Of a DNA stretch of 64,000 nt, positions 1 through 13,400 are shown in pieces. Source of the stretch: Camelus dromedarius (Eukaryota); contig NC_087437.1 of the NCBI RefSeq assembly GCF_036321535.1, positions 69,132,001 to 69,196,000 of the forward strand. The letters are read 5' to 3'. Numbering within the stretch: the stretch's first letter is position 1; each line of letters opens with the position of its first letter. A program made the position numbers and the translations under genes. The notes below the pieces were generated by a model. The model saw nothing but the letters and a program-made list of their open reading frames with translations. It ran no database searches and had not been told where the DNA came from.

Positions 1-2785
1 GGACACATATCTGGACATATACAGCCTGCCAAGACTGAGTCAAGAAGTAACAGACAATTTGAACAGACCAATCACTAGACATGAAATAGAATCTGTTAAA
101 AAAAAAAAAAGAAATCTCCCTGCAAGTCCAGGACAGGACGGCTTCACTGAGGAATTCTACCAAACATGTAAAGAACTTCTAAGCAGCCTTCTCCAACTTG
201 CTGAAAAAGTTGAAGAGGAGGTAACACTTTAAAATTTATTTTACAAAGCCACAAGTAGCCTGATACAAAAATCAAACAAAGACACTATAAAAAAGAAAAT
301 TATAGGACAATATCTTTGACAAATATAGATGAAACAGTCCTCAACAAAATATTAACAGAGTTCAATAATACATAAAAAGGATCATAGGCTATGATCAAAT
401 TGGATTCATTCCAGAGTCACTCAGATGGTTCAAATAAAAAAAAAATCAATGTAATACACCATATTAAAAAAGGAAGATGAAAAACACATGATCATCTCCA
501 TAGATGAAGAAAAAGCACTTGATGAAATTCAGCATCCATTCATGAGAAAAACTCTCACCAAAGTGGGTATAGAGAAAACAGATCTCAACATAATTAAGGC
601 CATTTATGACAAATTCACAGCCAACATAATACTCAACAGTGAAAAGCTGAAAACATTCCTGCTAAATTCAAGAAAAAGGTAAGGATGCCCACTCTCACCA
701 CCACTACTTAACATAGTATTGGAAGTCCTAGCCACAGCAATCAGATAAGGTTATAGAAATTGGAGGGGAAGAGGTAAAACTGTCACCATTTGCAAATGAC
801 ATGGTACTCTATATAGAGAACCCTGAAGGCTCCACACAAAAAAACTATTAGAACTAGTAAATGAATTCAACAATGTAGCAGGATACAAGATATTAAGAAA
901 TCTGTTTCATTTCTTTACACTAATAATAAAATATTGTAAAGAGAAAGTAAAAAAGAATCCCACTTGAACTTTTGTCAAAAATATAAAATACCTAGGAATA
1001 AACAACCAAATAGGTGAAACATCTATACTCTGGAAACTATAAAACACTCATAAAGGAAACTGAAAATGACTCAAAGAAATGGAAAGATCTCTTGTGCTCT
1101 TGGATTGAAATAATCAGTATGATTAAAATGACCATACTACCCAAAGCAATCCACAGATTTAATGTAATCCCTATCAAAGTACTCAGGATGTTTTTCACAG
1201 AATTAAAACAAATGACCCTAAAATTTATATGAAACCACAAAAAACCAAAAATTTCTAAAGCAATCCTGAGAAAAAAGAATAAAGCTGGTGGTATAACCCT
1301 TCCAGATTTCATACCATGCTACAACGCTACAGTAATCAAAACAGCATAGTACTGGTGCAAAAAGAGATGCATAGATCAATGGAACAGAATAGAGACACAG
1401 AAATAAACCCATAAACCTATGATCAATCTATGACAAAGGAGGCTAGAATATGCAATGGAGAAAAGACAGCCTCTTCAGTAAGCAGTGTTGGGAAAGACAA
1501 GCAGCTCCATGTTAATCAATGAAATTAGAACATTCTTGCACACTATATACAAAAATAAACCCACAACAACCTAAATAAAAGACGTGACACAGTAAAAATT
1601 CTAGAAGAGAACATAGGCCAAACATTCTCTGACATAAATCATAGCAATATTTTCTTAGATCAACCTCACAAAACAGTGGAAATAGAAGCAAAAATAAATA
1701 AGTGGAACCTAATTAAACTTAAAAGCTTTTGTACAGCAAAGGAAATTACCAACAATAAGAAAAGACAACCTACTGAATGGGAGAACATATTTGCAAATGA
1801 TGTGACCAACAAACTGTTAACATCCAAAATATACAAACAGCTCATACTCAATATCAAAACAAACAATCCAGTGAAAAAACAGGCAGAAGACTTGAGTATA
1901 CATTTTTCCAAGATGACAGATGGCTAACAGGCACATGAAAAGATGCTCAAGGTTGCCATTAGAGAAACACAAATCAAAACTACAATGAGATATCACCTCA
2001 GACCTGTCAGAATGGCTACCATGAAATAGTCTGCAAATAACAAATGTTGGAAAGGCTGTGGACAAAGAGGGACACACTGTGGTGGGAATGTAAACTGGTG
2101 CAGTCACTATGAAAAACAGTATGGAGGTTCTTAAAAAATTAAAACTACATCCACCATATGACCCAGGAATTCCACCGCTGGGTTTATATCTGGGAAAAAA
2201 AAAAAAAAACTAATTTGAAAAATACATGCTCTCCCAATGTTCACAGCAGCACTATTTATAATAGCTACATGGAAGCAACTCAAGTACCAAAAGACAGATG
2301 ATTGGATTAAGAATATGTTTTATTTATATACATCCACACACACAATGGAATATTTTTCAGCCATAACAAAGAATGAAACTTTGCCATTTGCAGCAATGTG
2401 GATGTACCTAACAACTTCTATGCTAATTGATTAAGTCAGACAGAGAAAGACAAATATTATATGATATCACTTATATTTGGAATGCTAAAAAATATAATCG
2501 AATCTATATACAAAACAGAAACACACTCACAGATATGGAAACCAAACTCATAGTTACCAAAGGAGACTGAGACCTCTGGAGCAACAAATGAGGAATATGG
2601 GAGTAACAGATGCAAACTACTATACATAAAATAGATTTAAGCATTAGGGTTTACTGTATAGCACAGGAATTATACACAATATCTTTTAATAGCCTGTAAA
2701 TGAATATAATCTGCAAAAAAAGAATCATTATGCTGTATATCTGAAACTAACATAACATTGTAAATCAACTATGCTCCATTAAAAG
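1..2785 (+). mobile_element. LINE-1 (cetartiodactyl-type), degraded ORF2 RT/C-terminal region plus 3' UTR; runs off the left edge
   Basis: ORF fragments match L1 ORF2p: [19 protein letters not shown] (488-682), TILPKAIHRFNVIPIK (1014-1232), KINKWNLIKLKSFCTAKE (1676-1927), MFTAALFIIA (2237-2434). Typical 3' terminus 'aacattgtaaatcaactatgctccattaaaa' at ~2755-2784. Many stops and frameshifts. Confidence 0.95.
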
Positions 2786-2799
2786 TATACGTATATCGA

Positions 2800-5225
2800 T
2801 CCTTTAAAGGGAAATGAAGATAAACTGCTATCAGCAGAAAAAGGACTATTTTATCTATTAGGTGTTTTATGTAAACCTTATGGTAACCACAAAGCAAAAA
2901 TCTAGAACAGAGATATGAAACAAAAAGGGAGGAGACTGAGCAAATCACCATGGATAAACACCAACTTACCAAGGTAGACAAAAACAGAAGAAAAAAAGAA
3001 ACAACAGAGAGACAAAATAATAAAATGACAAAAGATTAAATGGTAGTAGTAATCCTTACATATTAATAATCACCCTAAAGGTAAGCAGATTGAAGTGACT
3101 AATTATAAGGCACAGAATGGCTAGATGGATTTTAAAACCAAGACCCAATATACCTGCCTACAGGAGACTACTTTCAGCTCTGAAGACACACATAAGCCCA
3201 CTGTGAAAGATGGAAGATGGTATTCTTAGCAAATGGAAATGAAAAGAAGGTGGTATAACCATATCTTTATCAGACAAAATAGATTTCAAGACAAAAAGGG
3301 TAATGAGAAACAAGGAAGGTCATTATATAATGATAAGGGGGTCAGGATATCAAGAAGATATAATAATCATAAGCGTATATGCTCCCAACACCCAATCACT
3401 GAGATATATTAAGCAATTAATAACTGATATTAAGGGATAAATAGACAAAAATACAATAATTTTAGGGGACGTCAGTAACCCACTTCAGTAATGAATAGAT
3501 CATCCAGACAGAAAATTAACAAAGAAACATTGAAATTGAACCACACTTTGGAATAAACTTAATAGACATATACATTCCACCCAACAGTAGCAGAATATAC
3601 ATTTTTCTCAAGAGCATATGGAACATGAGCCAGGTTAGATCACATGACAGACCACCAAACAAATCTCAGTAAATTCTAGAAGACTGAAATCATACCATCT
3701 TCTCTGACCACAATGGTATGAAACCAGAAATCAACAAGAGGAAATTGAGAAGATTCACAAATATGTGAAAATTAAAACACATTTCTAAACAACTGGGTCA
3801 AAGAAATTAAAAGTAAAATAAAAACTTATCACAACTGAATATGAAAACACAACATGTCAAATATGGTTCATTGCAGCAAAAGCAGTTCTGAAAGTTTATT
3901 GCAATAAATGCATATATTAAGAAATTTGAAATACCTCAAATAAATATCCTAATTTTATACGTCAAGAAACTAGAAAAAGAATAAATTAAGTCCAAAGTTA
4001 GCAGAAGGAAGGAAACAATAAGGCCCAGAGTGGAAATAAATGAAATGGAGACTAGAAAAACAACAGGAAAAACTCAACAAAACTAAGATATCGTTCCTCA
4101 AAAAGTTAAAATTGAGAAATCTTCAGCTCAACTAAACAAAAAACCAGAAGACTCAAAATTAGAAATAAAAGTGTAGACAGTACAACTGATGATACAAATA
4201 CCTACAATCATAAGAGACTTATGACTAACCATATGCCAATAAATTACATAATCTAGAAGAAATGGTACATTTCTTAAACACACAACCTACTAAGATTGAA
4301 GGAGGAAGGACTAGAAAATCTGAACAGACCAATAACAAGTAAAGGATAGTCTCTTCAATAAGTAGTGCAGAAAACTGGAGAAACACACGCAGAACAACGA
4401 TACTGGACTCCTATCTCACACTACTTAAAAATTTTACTCAAAATGGATCAAAGACTTATATATAAGACCTTATATAATAAAACTCCTAAAAGGAAACATA
4501 AGGAAGCAGCTCATCAAAATTGGTCTTGGTAATAATTTTTATGATGTCAAAAGCACAAACACAAAAATAAAATCAATAAATGAGACTACATCAAACTCAA
4601 AAGCTTCTGTACAGCAAAAGAAACAATTAAAAAAATGAATACAACCCACAGAGAAAAAATTTTTGCAAACCATGTATAGGAAAGGGGGTTAATATTCAAA
4701 ATATATAAAGAACTCAGTCAATTCAAAAACAAAAACAACAATCTAAAAAACCAACCTGATTAAAACATGGCAGAACTAATGAGACATTTCTCCAAAGAGA
4801 ACATCAAAATGTCCAACAGACACATAAAAAGCTGCTCAACATCACTAATCATCAGGAAATGTAAACCAAAACTACAATGAGATATCACCTCACACCTGTT
4901 AGAATGACTATCAACAGGAAGACAAGAGACAACACGTGCTGGTGAGGCTGTGGTGAAAAGGCAACATTGCTGTAGGAATGCAAGTTGATTCAACTACTGC
5001 GGAAAACAACATGGAGGTTCCTCAAACAATTTAAAATAGATCTACCATATAATACAGCAATTCTATTTCTGGATATATGCCTAAAGGAAATGAAAACAGA
5101 GTATCAATGTTGCAATATCTTGTAATGACCTATAATGGAATATAATCTGCAAAATACTGAATCACAATGCTGTACATCTGAAATTAATGCAATGCTATAA
5201 ATCAACTATACTTACGTTAAAAAAG
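2800..5225 (+). mobile_element. Second LINE-1: inter-ORF spacer, ORF2 endonuclease region, internally deleted RT, C-terminus and short 3' end
   Basis: Endonuclease-domain motifs from ~3040 ('tgcctacaggagac', 'tcagacaaaatagatttcaag', 'ttctctgaccacaatgg'). Jumps at ~4343 to the KDSLFNK region. L1 3' terminus 'taaatcaactatactt...aaaaaa' at ~5200-5225. Confidence 0.9.
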
Positions 5226-5649
5226 AGACTTAAAATGAACTCCGTCCGGAAAATACTGTAATCCACAATTACCTATGGTATTTGAGACGTGTAATATGGT
5301 AAACATAATTAAAATGTACACACACAATGCAAATACTTTAATCAACACATGCATAGCTTCTACCTTTCGGAACTTCAAGCTTTTTAAAAAGCAATATTCA
5401 ATATTCTTTTTAAAATGACTTGAGAAGCCAACAGAAATAGATGGAGATTAAGAAAAACAGGATAATGGCTGAAAAACCTTAGATTCAGCAAGATGTAACC
5501 TCCCATTTTAAATATAGCTTTTGTTCTCCTTTAAGTAGTCCACAGACCAAGAACGATATCATCCTGAGACCCCAGGACTTAAACAAGCCTTAGACTCTAG
5601 ATAAATCTTCCATACTTTATGTAAGATTTTACTTCTATGCACAATATGC

Positions 5650-6931
5650 TTTTTTCTTCATTAACCGATTATAAGTCATGCTTTTATAGAAGTATATGTG
5701 GACTTACCTGAAAGAATGAAATGTATGCACGAACCAAAACCAAAGTATGTCCAGTCAGATGCGCACTTCAGCGTTCGAGAAGACGGCGAGGAACCCGGTG
5801 AAAAAATCTTCTCCAGTGGGCGGCCTGGTTCCGGGGCGGGTGCGAAGGTTTCTGCTTCCGGGGGCACCGCGTCGGGGCGGCCCGGCCCCTCACAGCCTGG
5901 CCGGCGCGCGAGGCAGCACTCAGTTCTGGGCCTGGGGCCCGCGGGAACCCCAGGTCGCTGAGGGGGGCGCCAGGCAGAACCTGTCCAGCTGGGGCAGCCC
6001 TGCCTGGCCCTCGGAGGCAGCAGCCACGACCTTCCAGGTCTCATGGGCTTCAGGGCCAGCGAAGCTCGTCCTCAGAAGCCCTCTAGGTTAGCGGGCTGTT
6101 TCCAGGGAGGTTTGGATTAAAATAACCCCCACCAGCGAGGCTGGCTGACTGGAGAGGCGCCGTGCTTCCAGGGGGCCACTTCTCCTGCTGTCACTGCACT
6201 CTGCTGGAGGGGCGGCCCTGGGGGTGCCGTCAGGGCTGCGAAGGTACTGTGGGGTGACAGAGCGACCCTCCTTCAGCGCCTTCTGGTCCGACTGGGTTAG
6301 CAGACAGCAGCACGTCCACTGAGGGCTTGTCCTAGGGAGAGCCCAGCTCCCCGTGCGGACGTCCAACCGCTTGAGACGCCGCTGCGGGAAGAAGCGGAAG
6401 CGGATGGAGGCCCCAGCAGCCTGCGCGAAGGCCGAGAAGAATACTCATGCAGGTGGGCCTTGTCCGGGGGTAAGTGCTGGTACGTCTCCAGGCCGGCGCT
6501 CACCTCGACCAGCTGGTTCACGTTCCTTTTCCGCTGCACCTGCTTCCCACAGTCCTTATCCTTCAGTTTCTGGTTATTGCCCACCAGCCGGTGAGGAGTG
6601 AGGGCCCACATCCTGGAAGAGGGATAGCTTGAGGCAGATCCTCAGGTTGGCCTTCTGTGGGTCCCAGTCCTTCTCAGGTTGCAGACCTCCCGCAGGGTAT
6701 GGTCCAGGAGCCAGTCGACAGGCTTGTCCCCACAGAACATGAGGATGAACTCCACGTTTAGGCTCAGGTCCAGCCACTTGAACATCTTCCCAATGAAGCC
6801 CAGCTGGGAGAACTCCAGGATCATCCAGTCCTCTGCGGGCTGCTGGATTGCCAATTCTTCATGGTACACAGGTAGTTAGGCTTGGCTGCAGTGTCATCCT
6901 CCAGCTGTGCGTAGTAGATGCCTTTGGACTG
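5650..6931 (-). pseudogene. MGAT4B (retrocopy): Processed pseudogene of MGAT4B (N-acetylglucosaminyltransferase IVb): 5'-truncated, C-terminal coding region plus 3' UTR
   Basis: Minus-strand translations in shifting frames give [79 protein letters not shown] and QSDQKALKEGR...GPLEARRLS, matching the MGAT4B C-terminal half. Stop at 6088-6090. No introns, at least three frameshifts. The 3' UTR end 'aagtccacatatacttctata...gttaatgaag' is followed by a short A tract (5650-5655). Confidence 0.93.
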
Positions 6932-9374
6932 TTCTTCCAGAGGAAGCAATAATGGAGGTTCTGTTGTCATTTTCTGCTACTTAGAACTTTACTCCTCCAC
7001 TCTTTTTTGCAGGATATTTCATATCCAGGGTCCCTTGATATCACTTGTATATTTTGATGTGCCCTACCAGACCGCCTCACTTCTTGAGAACCCTACCACA
7101 GTAGGTTTGTTTCAGCATTCATCTACCTTGAAGTGGTTTCTTTCTGCTCCAGATCTCTTTGTGGAGATGAGAAATATAGACTCTTGTGAAGCAACAAGTT
7201 TTCCAGTTTGGTCTAGCTGTCACATCCAGTCTTCCTAGAGCCATTTGATCTTTTAGGAAGTTAGCCTTACTGTTCTAATGGAAGATTCTTCCAGTTTTAT
7301 CTGTGAAACTTTGTATTTAGATGAACAGTGATTGTATCCCTGCTATTTGTGCAGCGTTCTGCACAGCGGTGGGAATACACAGATAATCACAGCAATTGCT
7401 CTTGATTTGCAAACTAGCTTTCACATTTGTGTGCATTGGTACATGCTGATTGATAACATGTTCTGTGAGCTGCCCTGAAGTCAAGTCTCCCTCATTTTAA
7501 AAGAACTCTAGGCCCTCCAGAAAACCAAATGGCCAGAATGGTAACTGTTGGAAGTGTTTTTAAAATGAGGTAAGTGGTGTCATAAATAATCTCAGTTTCT
7601 AAATTAATTCCGTGCCCTGCTATGCCTCTGTGATGGGGCAACAGGGGGTAAGAAGGTAGTTATTAAAACATTTCAAAATGTTAGATGCAGACAGCTATCA
7701 GGAATCATCTCTTGTCACATCATGGTTTAGAAAAAAGCAGTACCCTCCATGGAAATTCTGTCTGGAAAGAGCCAATGATACTGTTCATAGACACAGGTGC
7801 ATACACACACATACACACACCAAGTATACAAATCCAACACTTACACACCTGGATACAAAGACACCTGCATAGGAAGACACAGCACACATTCTTACACTCC
7901 AATTAGAGAGAAATTGGGAAAGAAAACTAAATGGAGGAAGACGGCTTTATGGCTAGTCTTGAGGCCACATATTGAAACTGCTTTGTTCTTCAAAACTTTA
8001 AAAATTGTACAGACGTCTCCTGAGTAGTGGTTTTATTGAGGCCACAGCCTGGAGAACATAAGCCCTCATTCCAGGAAACTTGTGCATTTTCTGCAGAAGT
8101 GTGGCAAGATTGAGAGTCATAGAGACTTACTTGGGATTAGAGCTTGAAATGCCTGAAAGACAAGCTAATTTAGGGAAAGAATTTCTTATCTCCAGAAATC
8201 CTACCTGTGGTTAGTCACTCATTTCACATGAAGACACATCTCTGTCATTTCTGCAAAGGGAACATGCATCTGATCTTAACAAGTCTCAGTGCATGTTTTC
8301 CTGTATGGCTTCCTGATATGCTTACCAAGAGGAGGTTCCCTGACTCTTGAAGGCAGGTCATTATGAAAGTCCTACCCAGTCATTTCCGGGGAGCACCATT
8401 CTTTGTAATAGGAAGTTACTAGGCCACCAGAGGTCAGGAATGCTTCCTGGTTAGTCTCCCTATAACCAAAGGATGCCTCTCAGTCCATAAACAAACTTAT
8501 GCATCCCTGACGAATGTTGTCAACAACATTCAGTTTCTCTGGCCATTTGTAAACAGTTAAATGCTGCCTTTCTCAGGAGGTGGCTCAGTTATTTAACTCA
8601 AAATTAATCAAATTACCTTAAATTAATGCCCCTTACTCTTACTTGGTGAAATTTAAAAAGACAAACTCCATATGAGGCTTTTTAAAAAATACAGTTTCTA
8701 CTAGATTGTAGATGAACAATAATTTTTTTTAACTATATGAACAGATTGCTCTCCTAGTGGGAATGAACTCAAAATATCAGGGAGAGGGATGATTTAGAAT
8801 CTTGAAAAGCTGAAACATTCCCAGGAGGACATGGCCTCTCAGGTATTTTTCTTCCAGATTTTGCATAGCTTTCCAACCCTGAGAAGTACACCGTATTGAA
8901 ATAGGTCAGTGTGTGGAGAGATACTAAAGAGGTGTTATCTTTCCTCTGAATCATGTCATTCAGTGCTTTGTATTTCCTTAGAAATTGAGGAGAAGCAAGA
9001 TCTCATTAGAGCAAATGAGGCCCAAATTTACAAGCGTGCAAATTTTTAACTCTCTTGTGATGGTTTCAGCCTGGAGCTCAGATTTAGGTTGAGAGGATGG
9101 CAGTTGTTGGAGAATGGCAGAGGGAATTTAGCAGGCACCCTCTCTCTTCCCCATCATTTATAATCCACCCATGTCTCGTGTTGATTTCTTCATTATACGT
9201 AATAACTGGGTAAGTGTTGCCTGAGATAAAATTAAGCCTGAGTTACAGGTACTGTTTTCAAGGATGTGATAGTCAGAGAGGGACAAGAAATCTTAGTGTC
9301 CACACTTAATTTGAGGAAATGTGTGAATTGTGGCTGGGTACATATCTGACTCAGCCTCTGACATTTATGGAAGG

Positions 9375-9500
9375 GCTTACTGTATCAGGCTTTATGTATG
9401 TATTATCTCATTTAATTCTTGCAAAAATCCAATGATTACATGTTTGGTTCCATTTTTCAGATAAGGAAACTGGAGTTAAGTAGTAAGCTGAAGGTCGAAA
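9375..9500 (-). mobile_element. MIR SINE fragment
   Basis: MIR core-like 'tattatctcatttaattctt...ccatttttcagataaggaaactg'. Confidence 0.7.
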
Positions 9501-9977
9501 CATTTCTGCATCTTATCTCCGAAATTTACCAGTTTTGCACACAGTTGCCAGAGAAACCTTCTTACATACTGCTTTGATGAGTATTTAACTCCTTACTGAC
9601 TTTCCCCAGTGATCCCCACTGCCTACATAATGAGGCTCAATGATGGATTTGAGACCGTAGAGTAACAATCTTGCTTTGCTGTCTTACTGGCCTCCACTTC
9701 TCGTAGATACCAGCTGCTTTTGCTTTCTTCTCTTAGTGTCTCTCCACATTATGTCAACTTGCCCATGTCTGAGCCTTTGTTCCCACCTTGTAGCTCCTTG
9801 CTTTCTGGTAATTGGGATCCCGTCTTTTCCCTGGCGCAGGGAAGAAAGGTCAGTCAGCATGTCTCGGTCCCTGCCATGGCACTTGCCATTTGTTTGACTT
9901 TTATATCAGGCTGTCCTTCTCCTCTGACATCTGCACCTGTGCCACTTGTCTACAAGCCATCTTTCAAGTTGGTTGTC

Positions 9978-10429
9978 TGTGTTAGTCTGCTAGGGCTGCT
10001 CTAACAAAGTACCACAGACTGAGTGGCTTAAACAGCAGAATAGATTGTTCTGTATTTCTGAAGGGCAGAAGTCTGAGATCGTGGTGTCAGCAGGGCTGAT
10101 TCCTCTGGCTATGAGGGAGAATGTTCCATGCATTGTCTCTAGCTTCTAATGGCTTTCTGGAAATCTTTGTCATTCCTTTGCTTTTAGCAGCATCACCTCA
10201 ATTACTGCCTTCATCTTCACGTGATGGTCTTCCTGTGTACGTATCTGTTTCAAATCCTCCCTTTTTATAAGGACACCTGTCACGTTGGATTAGGGCCCCT
10301 CCCCCAATGACATCACCTTACATAATTATATCTGCAATGACCCTATTCATAAATATGGTCACATTTGAGGTACTGGAGGCTAGGACTTCAACAGATGAAT
10401 TTTGAGGGAAAACCTTTCCTCTCATAACA
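9978..10429 (-). mobile_element. MaLR solo LTR (MLT1 family, MLT1C-like size)
   Basis: Begins 'tgtgttagtctgctagggctgctctaacaaagtaccacagactgagtggcttaaac' and ends 'ttcaacagatgaattttgaggg...cataaca'. TG...CA termini, ~450 bp. Flanks ttgtc/ctgcc resemble a decayed 5-bp TSD. Confidence 0.88.
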
Positions 10430-13400
10430 CTGCCTCATTATGCATCCAGTGCTCTGTTTATGGCCTCCTTTTACTTGCTTTGCAACCACTGCATCCTATA
10501 TCCTTATGCCTTTGTTACTTTATTCAGCATCTGGTAACCTGTGAATCATAGTAGGAATTGGGAGATGAAAGCAGTTCGAACAATCCTAGGGTGAGTCAAG
10601 TCTGATATCCCCTACCTAAGCAACTGCTTCACAGATCAGGGACCAGCAGAGAGCAGAGAAGGAACTATTATGTAATTAATTAATTATACAATTATTGGGA
10701 AAGAGTACTTTACAAAATTCAACTTTTTGCATTTTAAACATGAACTTGACGGATTAGGCACTATGACTATGTCTGCAAAGGCAAATCCTAATCATATAAG
10801 ATGAAGTATGGCTGAACAGTAGAGCTAAAACCAAGGAAAATGTGATTAAGTCCTTCCAAATATCATTAAGAGAGTTTTCTGGATCAAATCAGATGGAGTA
10901 AATGTTTCCTTCCTGCATCTGGAACAAAAGTGCAAAATTGAGCTTATCAGTGTCTCTTTGAGTTACCGTGCAATTCTACAAACATATTACTTTACCCATG
11001 TAACCCATCACAGGGCATTCACAATAACATTAGGACTTCATAGTGGCTGCACATTTGGCCTGTTAAACCAGTGAGATATTTTTAGCTTTTGGCGGATGTC
11101 ACTGACTGTGTTTAAGAATTGCTTTGTCCTTTTATACTTCAAACTATTTTTAAAGGTTAAGAAGAGAAAACTCTATTTTTGAACCAAGGTTCAGAAACAT
11201 TTTAAAAGATTGTTTTGAGATTTTTTAACTAAGTTGTACAAATCTGCTGTGATCCCTATTCCAAAAGGAAATTTATTCAGTATTTACTAGTAATTAAAAA
11301 GAAAGAGAGAATATTTTTAAATGCAGGAATAAATACAGGAGAGATGAGAGCATTGCCTCCAAGGTAGGTATATCCAGATTAGAAATTAAAGTGTAAAGTT
11401 TGTAGGTAATTGGTAAGAATGAGACTAGTAGCATTTTATCTACTTCTAAAATTCTAATCTTGTCTATTTTATTTCACAGCTCTATTATTTGCGATACAAC
11501 TATGGAAAATACTTAAATTTTTAGGAGCGCTGACTCAACCTTACCCCTGTTCACCTGTAAGCAGCCACTAAAATCATTGGTCAAAACGTAAGAAGGACTT
11601 AACTAATTTGTTTTGAACATGATATGCAAAGTCAGGCCAATATTTTGAGATAGCCAGTATCTTGGATTTAGACCTCATCAATGTAATTTATTCCCAGAGG
11701 TACAATTGTTTTAATCAGAACTACCCAATACTTCAGTAAATTCAGCTGAAGCTGGTTCACAGTGCGGTTTGGGAGATTTTGACATTTGCTGTCAGAGATT
11801 TAAGGTGTCACTATGACAGGGACATGAAAAGGTTGGCAACACAGACAAAAGTAGCAGCGGCTTTTAAGCCTTTGTGTCAAAAGAATCCAGGCTAATAATA
11901 TTGAAAAATAATGGGTATAAGAAGAGGATTAGGAGAAGGAAGTGCAGAGCATAAGTAGATAAGGACACCATGGAAAAAATGACAAAGGGCAGAAGGAATC
12001 TCCGCAGAACAACACACGGCAGAAATCTCAGGAAGGCACAAAGAGATGGTATGGGGCTTTATAAGAATATAGCTGAGACTGTTATAATTTTAAAGTCTTT
12101 TGTACATTCAGTAATCATGAAAAATAGAGAACTGTTTATAATCACAGAAAAGTGAAAAAAGTGGACCTTCTTTTGCTTCCAAATGAGCACAGCATGCTGT
12201 ATTTCTCACAAGAGGCAAGGGGGCTTTTTAAAGTTTAAAATGCTGCATTGAACCCTTCTGACTACAGATGGGCTCCTCAGCAGAGGTTTAAAACTTTTCA
12301 ATTGCAGAAGAGAAGGAGGAAAACAAGGGGAAATTCCAGAATTGGTAAAATGCCAATAGGAGGATGAAGACAGGAGATAATTTCTCCAAGGCATGTTTTA
12401 GTCAAAAAAAAAAAAAAAATCATGTCCTTTAAACAGCATTCCATAACTTTTTACTACAATTCATTATTTTAAAATAATTGTCTATTTTTAAGATCCTTTT
12501 AGGCAGATCATGTGTCTTTTCTGTCAGATTTTATTATCTTGTATGATATTTTTACTCAGTAGTTAATAAGTGAAGTTTTTTTAACCTCTATTTTCCTTAG
12601 ATTTCTTACCTATAAGGTATAGATAATACCAGTAACTAGATCTTAAGAGTAGTGTTGATCAAATGAGTTTCACCCTAAAGGAGATTCAAACATACATACA
12701 TATTGAGGAACAGGAATAGCTCTTGCTATTAATAACAATAAGATAATCATTTCTTATATGAATTAAATAAAAAATATTGCTACCTTCTAAATTGAATTGA
12801 AGGTGTGTCTGTTTTCATTATTTGAATTTTGGTTTTTTTGGAGGATGTGATGAAGATATTTTAAATCTGTGCTTTAAAATTTTCATGCAATATCAATTGT
12901 CTAAGAATGATTTTCTAACTATCATCTTTTGTGTATTTTAAAGGTTGTTTTAGAATGCAGTTGCAGTTTACATCAAAGGTAGTTTGAAGAGACCTCTGTA
13001 GAAATGTGATACTAAGAAAAATTTAAATATATATACATACATACACAGACATCAAATGCTATTTAGTAGAATATCTCACCAATAAAAATGTCTTTTTTTA
13101 ATCTTTAAGTTTTTTTTTTTAATCAACTGTAAAAACATTTATTTGGACAGAGTGTGAAAAATCCACTTTTTGCTGGCAATGGCAGTTATGTTTTTTCTAC
13201 CAAAAACGATAATTATGATTGTGATTCTGAGCTCCTCCATGACATGGGTTAGATGTTACTTGTCCAACATAGTCCCTGGCTCATAGTGAGCACTAAATAC
13301 ATATTTGTAAATAAATCTGTAAATCAATGAATCATTAAGCAAATATATGAATGGGGAAAATGAAAGGCAAAAGGTTAGAAGCAGAGACCCACAAAAGGAA

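Noticed and set aside
5676..6091. Overlapping 87-122 aa Pro/Gly/Arg-rich ORFs on both strands
   Set aside because: They fall in the GC-rich 3' UTR of the MGAT4B retrocopy, where stop codons are scarce. No recognisable protein.
6088..6931. Possible functional MGAT4B-derived retrogene
   Set aside because: 5'-truncated, and the homology is spread over several reading frames.
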